DNA of 64,000 nt from Cenococcum geophilum. Taxonomy: Eukaryota. The stretch covers positions 31,992,001 to 32,056,000 of the forward strand of contig CP158635.1 in the NCBI GenBank assembly GCA_050273025.1. Direction: 5' to 3'. The position numbers were made by a program, and so were the translations under genes. Positions 13,579 through 26,171 of this stretch are shown here, piece by piece. The first letter of the stretch is position 1. Each line of letters opens with the position of its first letter. Under the pieces are notes generated by a model. The model was given only the letters and a program-made list of their open reading frames with translations. It was not told the origin of the DNA and did not search any database.

Positions 13579-14604
13579 ATGGGGCAGAAACGACGCCTAG
13601 AGGAAATCATGGATGACCCATCAAAGCCTCACTCGTCTTCGCCTTTTATGCCAATGTTCGAGAGCTTTCGGAGCGAACTAGATGAACATCACGACAGGCG
13701 GGAGCGCGTTATCAAAGCATCTCGAGACATTACTGCAGGTAGTAAGAAGATGTGAGAGCAAATTGAAGGTGCTGTATACGTCTCTACTAACCAATACATA
13801 ATATCTAGCATATTTTCTCTACAGAGGTACACGCTCCTCAACCATCTTAATTCAGTCTACAACGCTAATTCGTCATACAGGGTCCGCAATCTAAACCAAC
13901 CAATACCACCTGGCATTAGCAAGGCCAACGCGCAATACTGGAAGAACATTCATACCCAATACGAATCCATTTCCTGCGACCTTCAGGGTCTAAGCGCATA
14001 CAGATATGCCCGTAACATTACCGGAGGCAACCAAGAGTTTATAGAAGCTTTGAGTTTCCAGCACTACCTTGAGACACAGTCTCTCATATCATATGAAGAG
14101 GCCCGATCGCGAGTCTCTAACATGAGAGCTGGCAGTGGGTCGGTGTTCTTAGCGCCTGAGGATTACATTCTGGGTATATTTGACATGGTTGGGGAGCTCA
14201 TGCGATTTGCAATCACGGCCATGGCGACAAATGGCATAATACCTGGGGGGGAGGCACGGCAGAAAGTGCGATCAACTGGCATAGCAAGAAGTGATGGTGA
14301 CGACGGGGTGGAGAATATGGATACGGATGAAACAACGAGTACGCAGGAAGAGCAAAAGGTGCCTTGCAGGAATGTCCTCGCAGACCTGCGAGAACTGCGA
14401 CTACAACTGGAAAGATTAGAGCTACCGCAAGGGTCTAAATTCGCGGATGATGTGGACAAGAAAATGAGCGTTATGCGTCAGTGCGTGGAAAAGGTAGAGA
14501 CAGCTTTGTATGGTCTAATCATCCGCGGTCAGGAAAGGCCCAAGGGCTGGATACCGGATTTAAGGGAAGAGAAGCGAGCACCAGAGGCGGTTGAAAGCTA
14601 TTAA
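13579..14604 (+). CDS. Translin-associated factor X (TRAX), 3 exons
   Basis: ELDEHHDRRERVIKASRDIT, QEFIEALSF, DYILGIFDMVGELMRFAI, VEKVE translin-family motifs; 18-nt middle exon 13809-13826. Confidence 0.9.
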
Positions 14605-15186
14605 ATTCATTTGATTTGTGGTGTCATGAGGAATCGCTGCATGTAACGAACAGTCCTACGGCGCCTGGGCGCCGATCATAGCTCAAGATCTGGGGGTATG
14701 AAATGGGGAACTACAGTTATGTAGATAGATAAGTCGTATTGATTGCCACGGTAAAATCACATAGAAGCTCAAGGCCTCACTTCGTGAGCGCCTTGCGATG
14801 CGCAGCCACGATCCGTTGGTTGGTCGCCAGTGTTGGAAGAGGCTGGCGCTGCCCACGTCAAAGCATGATTCGACCCAAAGTCTACTCCGCCCATATTTCA
14901 CTCAACCACTGACACCCACCAAAATGCTCTTTCGAAGAGTCGTAACGGCCACCTCAGACCGCCGACCACTACAAAATGACTCCTCACCTGTCGAGCATCG
15001 CGTAGCCTTCATGTCCACACCTTGAACACCAGTGGTGATGCAGATGAATGGATCGCCCAACCAACGAACAAACATCACCGGTACAAAGTTACACCTTTTC
15101 TGCAAAACCTAAAACAACTTCGCTCTCAAGCCCCTTCCAACTTACCGATTCTAACACCTTACACACAGGCTCAGAGACGTGTCCCG

Positions 15187-16555
15187 ATGAGGATGCGATA
15201 CAACGCCATCCCCCTGCGGTCCAAGGCGGACGAGAACCGCATGCGTAATGCCGAACCACCCACCCGCAAGGTCTTTAACTGTATCGTTGATGACACCGCT
15301 TTGATAGTCGGAGTGAAAAGAAGTACGAGGGATGGCATTCGAAAGTGGATAAGCAGCGGCGCCATACGGCTGTTTGTGCCGCTACATAGTCAGGCTGGCC
15401 CTTTCAATTTCCTTCACCTGGGCGTTTGGTACTAACTCGCTTATAGCTCTGACACAGCTTGATCGTCTCAAGAAGGGCAATGAACGGGTTCACGCAGACT
15501 CTCGAGAGGCCATCAAATGGCTAGATGACATCACATCAATACCCAATGTTCAGACTAGCGGGCGCGTACAACTTGAAGGAGCAGACGAGATATACAATAC
15601 TTGGGAAGAAGTTGAGAAGTTTCTCCTACCAGAAACACTCCTATCGATGGAGGATTCGGAGCCAGAAGAGGACTGCATCTCCGAAGACCTGGAAAGCTCG
15701 CTCAATCTTCACGACGAATCAGACGAAGCTTCAATGAGCTCCAGCCATAGTGCTGAGTATCCAACCAAAACACCCTCTTCTCCGCGGTCTACATACTCTT
15801 CGACGAGTCCATGCCTTCATAATTCCAGCCCTCACAAAGGGATGGGTTCGGTATGCTCCATGGATTCACCAAACCGGACTGCGCGAAATAGCGCTGAAAT
15901 CCCTCGCAAAGAGAAAACAACAAAGACGACGGTCCCTCAACATCTTCAACCTTTCTTTAACCATATACTCTGGCGTATTCATCAGGAGCAGAATTCAGAT
16001 GCTGCTCTCGAATCATTCATCCTTCTTACAAACGATCATGTGAAGCAGTCTATTGCACAGAGGTTTGGAATTCGAGCAAAGCGCCTAGAACAGCTTAGGG
16101 ATGCTGTCGGTCGTGAAGAGCGTGATTACAAGAACCGTCTTGCTCTCTTCAAAAAGGAGACGGAGGGTACACGTATTGGAGCCGAGAAGGTCCTCGCCGA
16201 CAAGAATCGTAGTGAACAAACCAACAGCGTAAACCCTAGCGTCGAACCAAATTCCGATGATGAAGATGTTGTCCTGCTCAAACGTGCCCCGCGTGGGCCG
16301 CAAGCATCCAACAATCAACGTGTCTGGGATCCAAATGAGTTTGGCAGGGCGCCACAACAGAGCTACCCTCGCCGTGGTCGTGGAGGCAGAGGAGGGACTA
16401 GGGGTGGTCGGGGGGCATTTGTTACACCAGGATCAAGCCGGAGTAATCCACCCAGTGACCCAAACCAACCCATTGATCCGAACTCTTACGCTCGACCGCC
16501 TCCGAAAACCGGCGCCATCCGTGGAGGCAGAAGGAGGCTATGGGAACCAACGTAA
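15187..16555 (+). CDS. PIN-domain protein with RGG-rich C-terminus, 2 exons
   Basis: CIVDDTAL, LFVPLHTLTQLDRLKKG, AIKWL, ILLTND PIN-like motifs; intron 15389-15446; start could alternatively be 15241. Confidence 0.75.
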
Positions 16556-17677
16556 AATTTCTGAGGCGTGTCAATCTTCAGGCACATACTTCTTCTTCAG
16601 GGAATTCAGCTTGGCCGATCAAGGCGAGTCGAGTATCGGCAGCAACAAAATTCAAGGACATCTTCCTATGGATTGCGCTGTACTGTAGCGGGCTTGAATT
16701 CTTCCACTATCTGGTCTGGTTTCAAGCGAACGGTTCTCTATCGGTCTTGAAATGTCCGTCACTGGCGCCCGCAATCTTGAGATCGTTGGTCATTTCACCT
16801 TCAATGAAAGGGTTAACTCTGCGGTGCCAATCCAATCCCTGAGTCTGGTTCTCATGCCATTGATTTCTTACAGTTCGATTGTGGAGATTCATATGGGGAC
16901 GGCATCGGCACTGGAAAGCGGATTTGATGCGCTTTACAGCATCATCCCTGTTCTACGCCTGCAGATCACCCCTACACACTCCGGATTCCTCTTGTCCACT
17001 GTTTTGACGTTATGTAAGGACATAAGCGGTATACTAAATTGATCCATTTTGTCTCTTAGCTCGCTGTCCACAAATTTCTGTTTTACATCTTTTCGTAACG
17101 TTTTCAGACCAAAACTCCGAAATTGACGAGTTTCTGTTCACCTAGCTTAAATCTAATAAAACACTGTTTCTTTGTACCAACATGACTTGAAATGTTGTGC
17201 ACAGCAGTTGCACCTATTCGTTGGAATTGAGTTTCTTCAAAGGTCAGAGGTAAAACTTGTAATTCGCTTCTGTCTGCACTCTTGTTAAACCAATACCACC
17301 ACTATTCGGGTTTGATCAGTCCGGAGTGCATGCCCTGTTTTCTCACTGCAGGTGGCTAAATCGTATATGTGAGGAACTAAATATGTATTCCTTCGTACTG
17401 TCTACTACATCGTGGATTGATGCGAGGTTAAGAGCGCGGTTCCAAGTCTTCCGAGAACGGTACTTTGATTGAACCCATGAAAACATTACCCTTTACAAAT
17501 TAGTGTTCAATATGAAGAGATCCTGATCTCAACATGGAGTGCAAATGTGAGATTGAGGTTAAAATTTTTGAGTAAGAGATAAAAGAGATCCATGAATCCC
17601 TTCCATTCAATATATAACCGGGAATGTGTTCAACAAGGGCTTCTCCATTAACGTCTTCAACTCGCGATGAACAGGTA

Positions 17678-20432
17678 TTATATTCTCCGCCTCCGGAACC
17701 TGAACTGCTTTTCATCATCCCCACTATCATCCTTATCGTTCTTCGGAGGGGCCCCCCTCGTCCTCTTTACAGGCGGAGGATTTTCAGCCGCAGATACAGC
17801 TGCTCGCTTGCCTCTGGACCTAGTGGTATGCACCTCGCTCTCTGTTTGTGCCGTCTGCGTCGGAGTTTGCGTTCTAGGCAGCCTGTCTTGCGCTTCCCTA
17901 ACCTTATCTGCAAGTCTCCGATTCCTTGGTGGCTCGACAACCTCCGGCTCAACTCGCTCCCCTTCATCATCGCTTTCTTTTATTAGTGTCCTCCTTGCTG
18001 CGCCTCTCCTCCTAATAAAAGAATGCTCTTCGCTATCGTCATCCTCCTCCTTCCTCCCCTTTCCCTTAATAGATCTCTGCGTTTCATGGATACTATCGCC
18101 ACCTCTCTCTCCGCTCTCAAACCAGTACTCCTCCCCAATTCCGAAATCCTTCTTCCGAACCTCCTCAAGCTGCACAATGACTTTATGGCCTTGAATCGGT
18201 GCTTCCGCACCCCCGCGTCTTTTAAAGCGTTTAAAGTTCTTCCTCCCATTCCATCGATCATCCCACCGCCTATCGGGTTCTTCAACTTGCGTTGTGGATA
18301 TGTCAGTGCGCGGACGCACATCTATTTCTTCTACATGGGCAAGATTCCGCATAGCCGAGACGTCCATGCCCTCCATTGCGTTGCGTAGTGACTCGGCGTC
18401 TAGACGAGCGGCTTCTTCCTCTGCCTCACGCCGGGAGCGGGCGAGTTCGAGCACATCGACATGTTTCTCCTTCTTCTCGGCTTTGCGGAGTTGGTCCAAA
18501 ACCGCCGCCGCTTTACCTTTCGGCTTTTGTGTATCGATGTCGGGACTGGGTGAAGCGCCGGTTGTAGCAAGTCGCGCGGATTCAATGCGGCGCTTTTTCA
18601 TCGCAGCGGCGGCAGGAAAAAGGTTGTCCATATGGTCAGAGTCTTTCGTAGACTTATCAAAGGGAGGTGAGCGACGCTTACGGGATGCGGTATCCGGTTG
18701 CAACTGAGTTTCAGCGGCCGAATGGGAGCGAAAGTCTTCATGCAGATTTTCCAGGGACTGTGATTCTGCGATATCTTCTATTGGCATGTCATCTAAGGGT
18801 GGCTGGGCCTTTGGCGGCTCGGAGGGATCAAACTCATCGAATTGGTCAAATCCCTTGAAGCGGTTGGTGGCGATGGCACGACGCGCTCGACGCTTGGTCG
18901 TAAGTGGGGCACTTGATTCTGGAAGTTCCGATGGGGAATGTGTGGTATTATTTGGGCCGGCTGATTTAGCTTTAGTAGCGAGTCCTGCAGAAATTGCTGA
19001 GATTAGAATAGGATAGGTTTCAAAGTTAGAAGAAATTGTAGTAGAATAGAAGGAATTGTGCTTAAGTACGAGGAATTTCCACCGTACCAATTCTTGAAGG
19101 TGCGGGTATACTCGAAGATACTTCAATATCCTCTTCCAGTTCCTTTCGAAGAGACCGAGCGTCATTAATAAGAATGGCGTCTAAGAACTCATTCTGGTTA
19201 ACGGATCGTTGGTTTAGAGCCAAATCAACACCCTGGACGAAATCCCTAGCCCATTCATCTGTTTCCGGTTGTGTGAATCGGACAACAACAATGCCTTCGC
19301 TGTCGTTTTGGTCTTCGAATTGACCAATTCCTTTCTTGCCGGTAATGTTCCTTACATATTGGACAAATTCTTCCACCGTTGTTTGTCCCCAGATCAAATT
19401 GTAGAGTAGTGCTTTCCCTCCTCCGGTAGTTATTGGGCCGCGCAAATTCTCGATCTGTCCCTCATCACAGAAGATAAATGTATGGCCTGAGAAGATTTCA
19501 CGTCGCTCTTCCTTCGGTTTAAAGAAATCTTTGGATCTGGGAACAGGTTCCTGTCCTGCTGGGGGGAGATATTCTAATTCATTGGGCCAATGAGTGTCAA
19601 AGTCCAGTTCGAATAACGATGGGATGTAATTATCTGCGTCGGAGTTTTGTGCAGAAGCAGCTTGAACTACTGCATCAACAAAAGCGGTTGTGACAACATA
19701 TTTGCCATCGATCAAGGCCTGGAGTCCCTTTGGAGTGTTCCGTTTCGCTACTACAACGTGCGTAGTTTGTCCAATGACGTAATCGGTTGTGGTCTTTATG
19801 TCTAGTGATTCGAGACGAGCTTGGACGGATGCCAGAGGATTATTATTGCTCTTGTACTCCTTATTTGTGAAAGAGAACGCGAATATGACAGGTTGCCATT
19901 TGACCCTGTCATTATCGTTAGTCAGGATGAGACAATATATTCAACGGTATGAGACAGGCACTGAGAATGGTATGTAGTCGATTATACTGCGATAGATACG
20001 ATGGAGTTCTGTGTAGGGGCAGACCAACCTAAGAAGCTGATCCCAGCTTCCAAGTTGAATGGTGTGTTCATCCTTCGTTAAAGCCCGGGTTTCCTGTTTG
20101 AATCTCTCTTCACCGTCAATGCTCGTGCCAAATTTGGAGGTTTCAATAATCCGTAGCTGCGACCTCGAATAGAGCTTCATCTATGACATAATCAATCTCT
20201 ATAACCTCTTAGCCACTCTTTAAATGTAACATACCCCATCTCCCGGCGTAACAGCAGAAACAGATATGGTGATATGTTGTCGTGAAACTTTCTTGTCGTT
20301 GATGTAGTAGATATGCCCATCTGCATTGCTCTTCTTAGGCGGTTTTGTTCTACCAAAGATCTGCTGTGTTCCAGGCTTCAACCACACTCTCTTTCCTCCA
20401 AACAGATCCCCATCGTGCTCTAATATCCACAT
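17678..20432 (-). CDS. NBS1: Nibrin / Nbs1 (MRN complex subunit), multi-exon
   Basis: N-terminal FHA (FGRT...VSRQH), BRCT region (TTHVVAKRNTPKGLQALIDGKYVV), Mre11-binding RKNFKRFKR motif, acidic + FRF C-terminal Tel1/ATM-binding tail. Confidence 0.92.
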
Positions 20433-20986
20433 GTCGCATGTAGAACGTTGTGGTGTTGTAGTGGGAGAAATAGTGGTAGGGAGGAAGCCGCAGGATATTT
20501 AGTGGGTAGTTTCTAACATAGTCATCGCATCCCGTTAGTCTTTTCCAAGGTTTGGGTATCAAGGAGTATCTTAGAGGGCAATACTAGCTGGGTGATGCGT
20601 AATATAGGTAAGGTAAGAGCCTCGCCTACGAACGCGTGCCTAAATTCCTCGCACGTTGTCATGTGATTTAATACTCCCTAAAAGCAAATTAAATACTAGT
20701 ACTCTTTGTACAACCGTAAAGAAAAGCTAACAAAAGCCTTAACATCTACGGCATGTAGGCAGCAAAACTTGTGATACCATGATAGGCCAAAATATAGCTT
20801 TGCTACCAAAAAAACCTGTAATCATGCCTTTCTTCACTTTGAGCTAACATTTGGTCTTCTTGCACTATCCTTGCTTCTAGATGCTAAATATCTACTTCAA
20901 CCATGAATGTAAAATCCATTTGAACACCTGGAAATGCCCTAACCGTCTATAAGGATATCAAACTATACTCCAAATCCAAGTTTCTA

Positions 20987-22045
20987 TCAATCCATGTCTT
21001 CCAGAGACCCCATATATGTTGGCCTTTCTTTCTCTCCAATGGTAATCCCTACTAGACACTCACCCAGCATATTTTCCCAATTAACCCAGGGGTGCACCTC
21101 CATAAACAACTTCCCACCGTCTTTGCCGGCTGCGCGCCGTAGTTCCCCTTCTCCGCCGGGGTGGTATGGGAGATACGGCGTAATATTGTACACCTTGCCC
21201 TGGTACGATGACCAAGCTGGCCGCCCCTTCCTGCCATTGTTGTATTTGAGATGCGAGGGTGTGACTCGGATAAGGGATGACACGCCAGATAAGTTGGTGC
21301 CAGATTTCAGTAGGTTTGCCCAGTCAAGTGGCGAATGCCCCGGTGTTAGGAGGACTTTTTGACGTGGATTCGGGGTCTTGATCGGAGCAGCAGGCGGAGG
21401 ACCCAGACCGCTGCCGAGCGCTGGGCCTCGATTCGGGAGTGGACCTGTTGATGGGATTCGCAACGAGTTTGTCGAGGTGGGTAAAGCACGAATATTCGTA
21501 GCTAATAGTCGAGGGGGGGCCATGAGCTGGGAGCTTGAGGGTCGGCCACGATTTACAGTGGGATTCAAAGCTGGAGGTCCCATAGCGGACGATATGACAG
21601 CGGCCCTTTGTGCAGAGTTGATAGCCGGGAATGAAGGAGCTAGTCCATCATCCTCATCCTCATCCTCACCCTCAGCCGAACTACTATGGGCTTGGAGAAA
21701 GAAGGACGGTATGGATTGCAGAGAGTCCGTCTGGACTGAGTTTGCCTTCGGGGTTGTTTGCGAAGATGGAACGATCTCAGCGTCTAGAGTCGGATCTCCT
21801 AGTATTATCGGCCTTTGTGGTAGCGATGCGTCATCTACTTTCGATTCTACTATTAAATCTTGCGTTGCGTCTGCCGTTACGGTCTTATCTGGCTGGCCGT
21901 CGTGGACAGGTTCTAAGGACTTCCTATCCGACAACAGGCCCAGCGGTAGGGTTACCGCGGAAGGCCAAAACGCCCATGATGTTGGCGGATGACGATAAAA
22001 GAGTATGGATATTGAGATAACAAGGGCCGAGACACCGACGAGCAT
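20987..22045 (-). CDS. Cytochrome b5-like heme-binding domain protein (IRC21-like)
   Basis: Single ORF; N-terminal hydrophobic segment, Pro-rich linker, KVLLTPGHSPLDW, GKVYNITPYLPYHPGG, FMEVHPWVN. Confidence 0.85.
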   Translation of the reverse strand: MLVGVSALVISISILFYRHPPTSWAFWPSAVTLPLGLLSDRKSLEPVHDGQPDKTVTADATQDLIVESKVDDASLPQRPIILGDPTLDAEIVPSSQTTPKANSVQTDSLQSIPSFFLQAHSSSAEGEDEDEDDGLAPSFPAINSAQRAAVISSAMGPPALNPTVNRGRPSSSQLMAPPRLLATNIRALPTSTNSLRIPSTGPLPNRGPALGSGLGPPPAAPIKTPNPRQKVLLTPGHSPLDWANLLKSGTNLSGVSSLIRVTPSHLKYNNGRKGRPAWSSYQGKVYNITPYLPYHPGGEGELRRAAGKDGGKLFMEVHPWVNWENMLGECLVGITIGEKERPTYMGSLEDMD

Positions 22046-22449
22046 ATCTTGCAAAAGTCGACGTGGTCAAATGCGGTACCTATGCGGGAAAATGCAGGGT
22101 TCGATAAGGCGCGGACCCAGATTGGAAGCTTTCGCTCCGTCCCTTCTTGGGACAGCCTCAATGACGTTTGTCCAGTCACGAAAGACTCACCTTTTTGCTC
22201 TCCGGTCAACGCCTTTCGCTAACATGTCTCTCATTGCGGTTGGCAGGGCCTGAGTAGGCCACAGAAAAAAGTAAAACAACCTCACACGCACAGTTTTACC
22301 ATCATCCATTGGTCAATGTAAAACTGCCTACAAGGCAACAGGAGCGTGCATATAAACACGTTCTTCTGCCCCTCCATATCCATTCTAGCCATCTTTCCCA
22401 CTACTCGTGAATTCTTTGCAGATAGCAAACCCTTTTCCTATTCGTTCTC

Positions 22450-24281
22450 ATGGCTCCAGAAGTCTCGTCAGCCTTACCTGAGGGCATTTTCTCTCTTCTC
22501 GACACGTAAGTCCCAATATTCTAGAGCATTGGCCTATCTCTCAATTCTAACAAGATAACCACAGAGATCTATACAAGCTGACTATGCAATGCAAGTGACC
22601 CTCAAGGTCTTGCGGCCTCATCAAGAATCACTAATCAGATCTGCTATAGGTTGTGTTCTCAAGTACTTTCCGGATGTTTGTGAGTGAGGATGAGGTTTCA
22701 TCACCAACTCGAAGACTAAGATTTTGCAGCTGTCACATACAGTTTTACCAACCGAACGCCTGATATGAAACTCAGTCGCGCTGCGTTTCACTGGCTGCAG
22801 GCACAGGTAGACAGTGAATCTACCAAATCCCTGCTAGTGGAATACATAGCTAAAATAAAAAATATCACAGAGCTCGCAGATGTATCTCTTTCAGAGGAAG
22901 AACTTCGATTCTTAAGCGCTGCATGTACCTACCTCAACGAACAATACCTACAATTCTTATCCAACTTCCGACTGCAGCCGTCAAAGCAGACCAAAATAAC
23001 TTTCAACCCAAATCAAGATACGGGACAGGATAATGATTTGGGGGACGTGGTGGTTCATACGCAGGGCTTGTGGGTAGACACAATTCTCTATGAAATACCT
23101 TTACTCGCTTTAATTAGCGAAGCCTACTTCAAGTTCTGCGATCACGATTGGACCTACGCCGGACAGGTGGAAAAGGCCCGTCGCAAAGGCGCGCAACTTC
23201 TGGAAAATGGATGTATATTTTCCGAATTTGGCAGCAGGAGGAGACGCGACTATCATACGCAAGATCTAGTCCTGCAGGGCTTACGGCAAGCGCAGGATGA
23301 TGCGGCACCCAATGGCTGGAAGGGAAAGTTGTCTGGCACAAGCAATGTGCATTTTGCAATGAAGCATGGGTTGCTACCTATTGGTACGGTAGCACACGAG
23401 TGGTTTATGGGCGTTGCCTCAATCACCAACGACTATGAGAATGCAAATGAAATTGCACTGCGCTATTGGGTCGCTACCTTCGGCGAAGGGGTGAGTCGGT
23501 GTTGTGTAGAAAAATTCTCTAACTTGTCCTAATTTATCCTGATCGGCTAGGTTCTTGGTATCGCTCTCACTGATACTTATGGCACACCAACATTTTTGAA
23601 GGCGTTCAAGAAAACCATTCCAGCTTTCACAAGTGCAGCACCAGGGCCGGCCGCTACCCTAGCATCCGCCACCGCTGGATCCACTATGCCAACTACGAGT
23701 AATTTGAGCAAAACTAAGCCGCCAATACATGCGCCTTCCGAGGGCGAAACTGCAGGAAAGAAGACTTATGCGCAAGTCTTCACTGGCGTTCGTCAGGATT
23801 CTGGAGACCCACTAAACTTCATCAAGCTGATGCGAGATTTCTATGATGAGCAGGGCATCAAGGACAAGAAGACCATTGTATTCTCTGACTCTCTAAATAT
23901 CGAGCTATGTTTAAAGTATAAGGCAGCGGCCGAGGCACAAGGGTTTCAGCCGACCTTTGGTGTAGGGACTTTCTTGACAAGTAAGAGAGCCGCTGTTGTG
24001 CTTACGTATTTGCTAATGCCGAGGTAGACGACTTTATAAAGGACTCGAGTGGTAAGAAGTCCATACCGCTGAACATAGTAATCAAAATAGCCTCTGCGGT
24101 GGGAAGACCAGCAGTCAAGATTAGCGACAACATTGGTAAGAATACAGGAGATAAAGCGACTGTTGCGGAAGTTAAACAGCGGTTGGGCTATGAGGAGAAA
24201 GACTGGGCCGGAGGTGACGAAAGAACACGGTGGGGCAAGGATGATGAACAAGCACCTGAGGCTGCGACTTGGGATGCTTGA
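22450..24281 (+). CDS. NPT1: Nicotinate phosphoribosyltransferase, multi-exon
   Basis: SLLDTDLYKLTMQ, ILYEIPLL, SEFGSRRR, GTSNV, GTVAHEW, GVRQDSGDP, FSDSL, FGVGT, VKISD motifs across exons. Confidence 0.95.
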
Positions 24282-24942
24282 TCGTGAGGTTCCTTGTTTC
24301 CCGCCAAGCAATGAAGGCCCAATAGATGGCTTCTAATTGGAAATACATGAGTTCTAGATAGCATGAGTAAGCGGAGAATTGGAAATGCATGCGTAACGTG
24401 GCTGTAAATCTTACGACTGGAGGGGGCAATGCGGACGATCGAAGTGGACGCGGCGCGGCAGTGCCTTTTGCGATGTTCGCAATCATGAAATGCGGCAGCA
24501 ATAGTGCGTCAGTTGATATATACCTTTGCGGGTAAATGATGAGGCCCAATGCATCCCCAGTCCACAATGAATAGGGCGAGGCACCAAAATAGAATCGCAA
24601 GGCCTGCCATTGGAGCAATCCTTAGTTGGTTCACTAAGCACAGGTGCTGGGAGGTCGGTAGGCGCTTGTCTCGCGAGCGGTTTAGTGTAGTCTGTTTAGG
24701 AACGCGCTTGGCGGCGAGCCTGTTCAGCTCACAGCCCCATTCAGTGCGCATTTAACTATATCTCACCCCACAACCACAGGTTCTTCTAACTACATCTACC
24801 ATCTACCATCTCCGCATCTCGGACGTAGACGTGCCACCAGCCATCGTCTTCTAGTCACGGGCATTTTTCCGCGTCAGCTTCAAATCTCAGCTACATTGTC
24901 TCAGGAGTCCGAAATTCCACACCACACGGGACCGGTTTCAGC

Positions 24943-26171
24943 ATGAGTGTGAGCACTTCTCTTTATCCCTCGCCTCTAGAACACATTCCAAAATCCTTCA
25001 CAGCTACGTTAAGAATTTACACTTGCTAACGCTCTGCAATGGCCCGACAGTACGGTGGTTACAGCCAGGTTAGCTACGGCCAGAACAATCCATATGACCA
25101 GAGTGATACACACGACACTGGATACAGCAACTACGGCGGGAGATACAATGATCGTAAGTTTCCACTGAAAAAAAAAAGTACACAACTCGACGTTCTAATC
25201 GACGTTCTCCAATAGAACCCGATGTGGAGATGCAGCCGTACGGTCAATCAGGCGGCGCTGACCCAAACGCCATCCTCAACGACTGCCGAGAGGTCGACCG
25301 CGCCCTTGACCAGATCAACTCGCAACTCGATAACCTTGAAAGGGCTTTCAAACAATCCATTAGTCGCCCAGACCTACCTTCCAGCGAGATAACTGCTTTA
25401 AGCTCTCAGGTTATGACCGAATACCGTGCACTGGTCAATCGCGTCAAGAATATCAAATCGCAGCCTGAATCAGGCAACCCACGAAATGCCCCGCAGGTTG
25501 GACGAGTAGATAGGCGGCTGAAGTCGCTCATCCAACGATACCAAAACCTCGAGGCAGAATTCCGAAAAGATTCTCAAGCAGCAGCTGAGCGGCAGTACCG
25601 TATCGTAAGGCCCGATGCTACAGAACAGGAGGTTCGAGAAGCATGCGCAGATCCTGACACCCCAATCTTCCAACAAGCTGTAAGACCTTCATTTTAGTGC
25701 TAGCGCGCGAGTCTGTTCTAACACGCACCTCCCCTCAGCTCCTCAGTTCCGATCGGCGGGGCCAAGCACAATCGAGTCTTAGAAATGTCAAGGAACGACA
25801 CGATGCGATTCAGAAGATCGAGCGCCAAATGGTTGAGTTAGCACAGTTGTTTACCGATCTAGATGCCATTGTCGTGCAGCAAGAGCCATTAGTCACGGAC
25901 ATTGAGCGCAAGGGGGAAGAGGTCCACGACAATGTTGTTAAAGCAAATGTTGAAATTGGCGGTGCCATTGACAAGGCTCGGAGCCGTAACCGCAAGAAGT
26001 GGTGGTGCCTCCTTATAGTTTGTAAGTGTTTAAGATTGTTATGTTGTTTTATGAGCCCGAGACCCTCTGAGGCTACAGTGTTATCAGTTTACTGACTTTA
26101 TCATAGTGCTCATCATCATTGTGGTAGTTGTTGTTGCTGTCGTCGTTGTCGAAATCAACAAGAAGAAATAA
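24943..26171 (+). CDS. Plasma-membrane syntaxin (Qa-SNARE), Sso1/Sso2 family
   Basis: Habc region, ERQYRIVRPDATEQE, SNARE motif ERHDAIQKIERQMVELAQLF, ARSRNRKKWWC plus C-terminal transmembrane helix; 4 introns, 6-nt first coding exon. Confidence 0.92.

Noticed and set aside
21378..21992. 204-aa plus-strand ORF, and similar ORFs at 8050, 17667 and 18294
   Set aside because: Antisense shadows of real genes on the opposite strand
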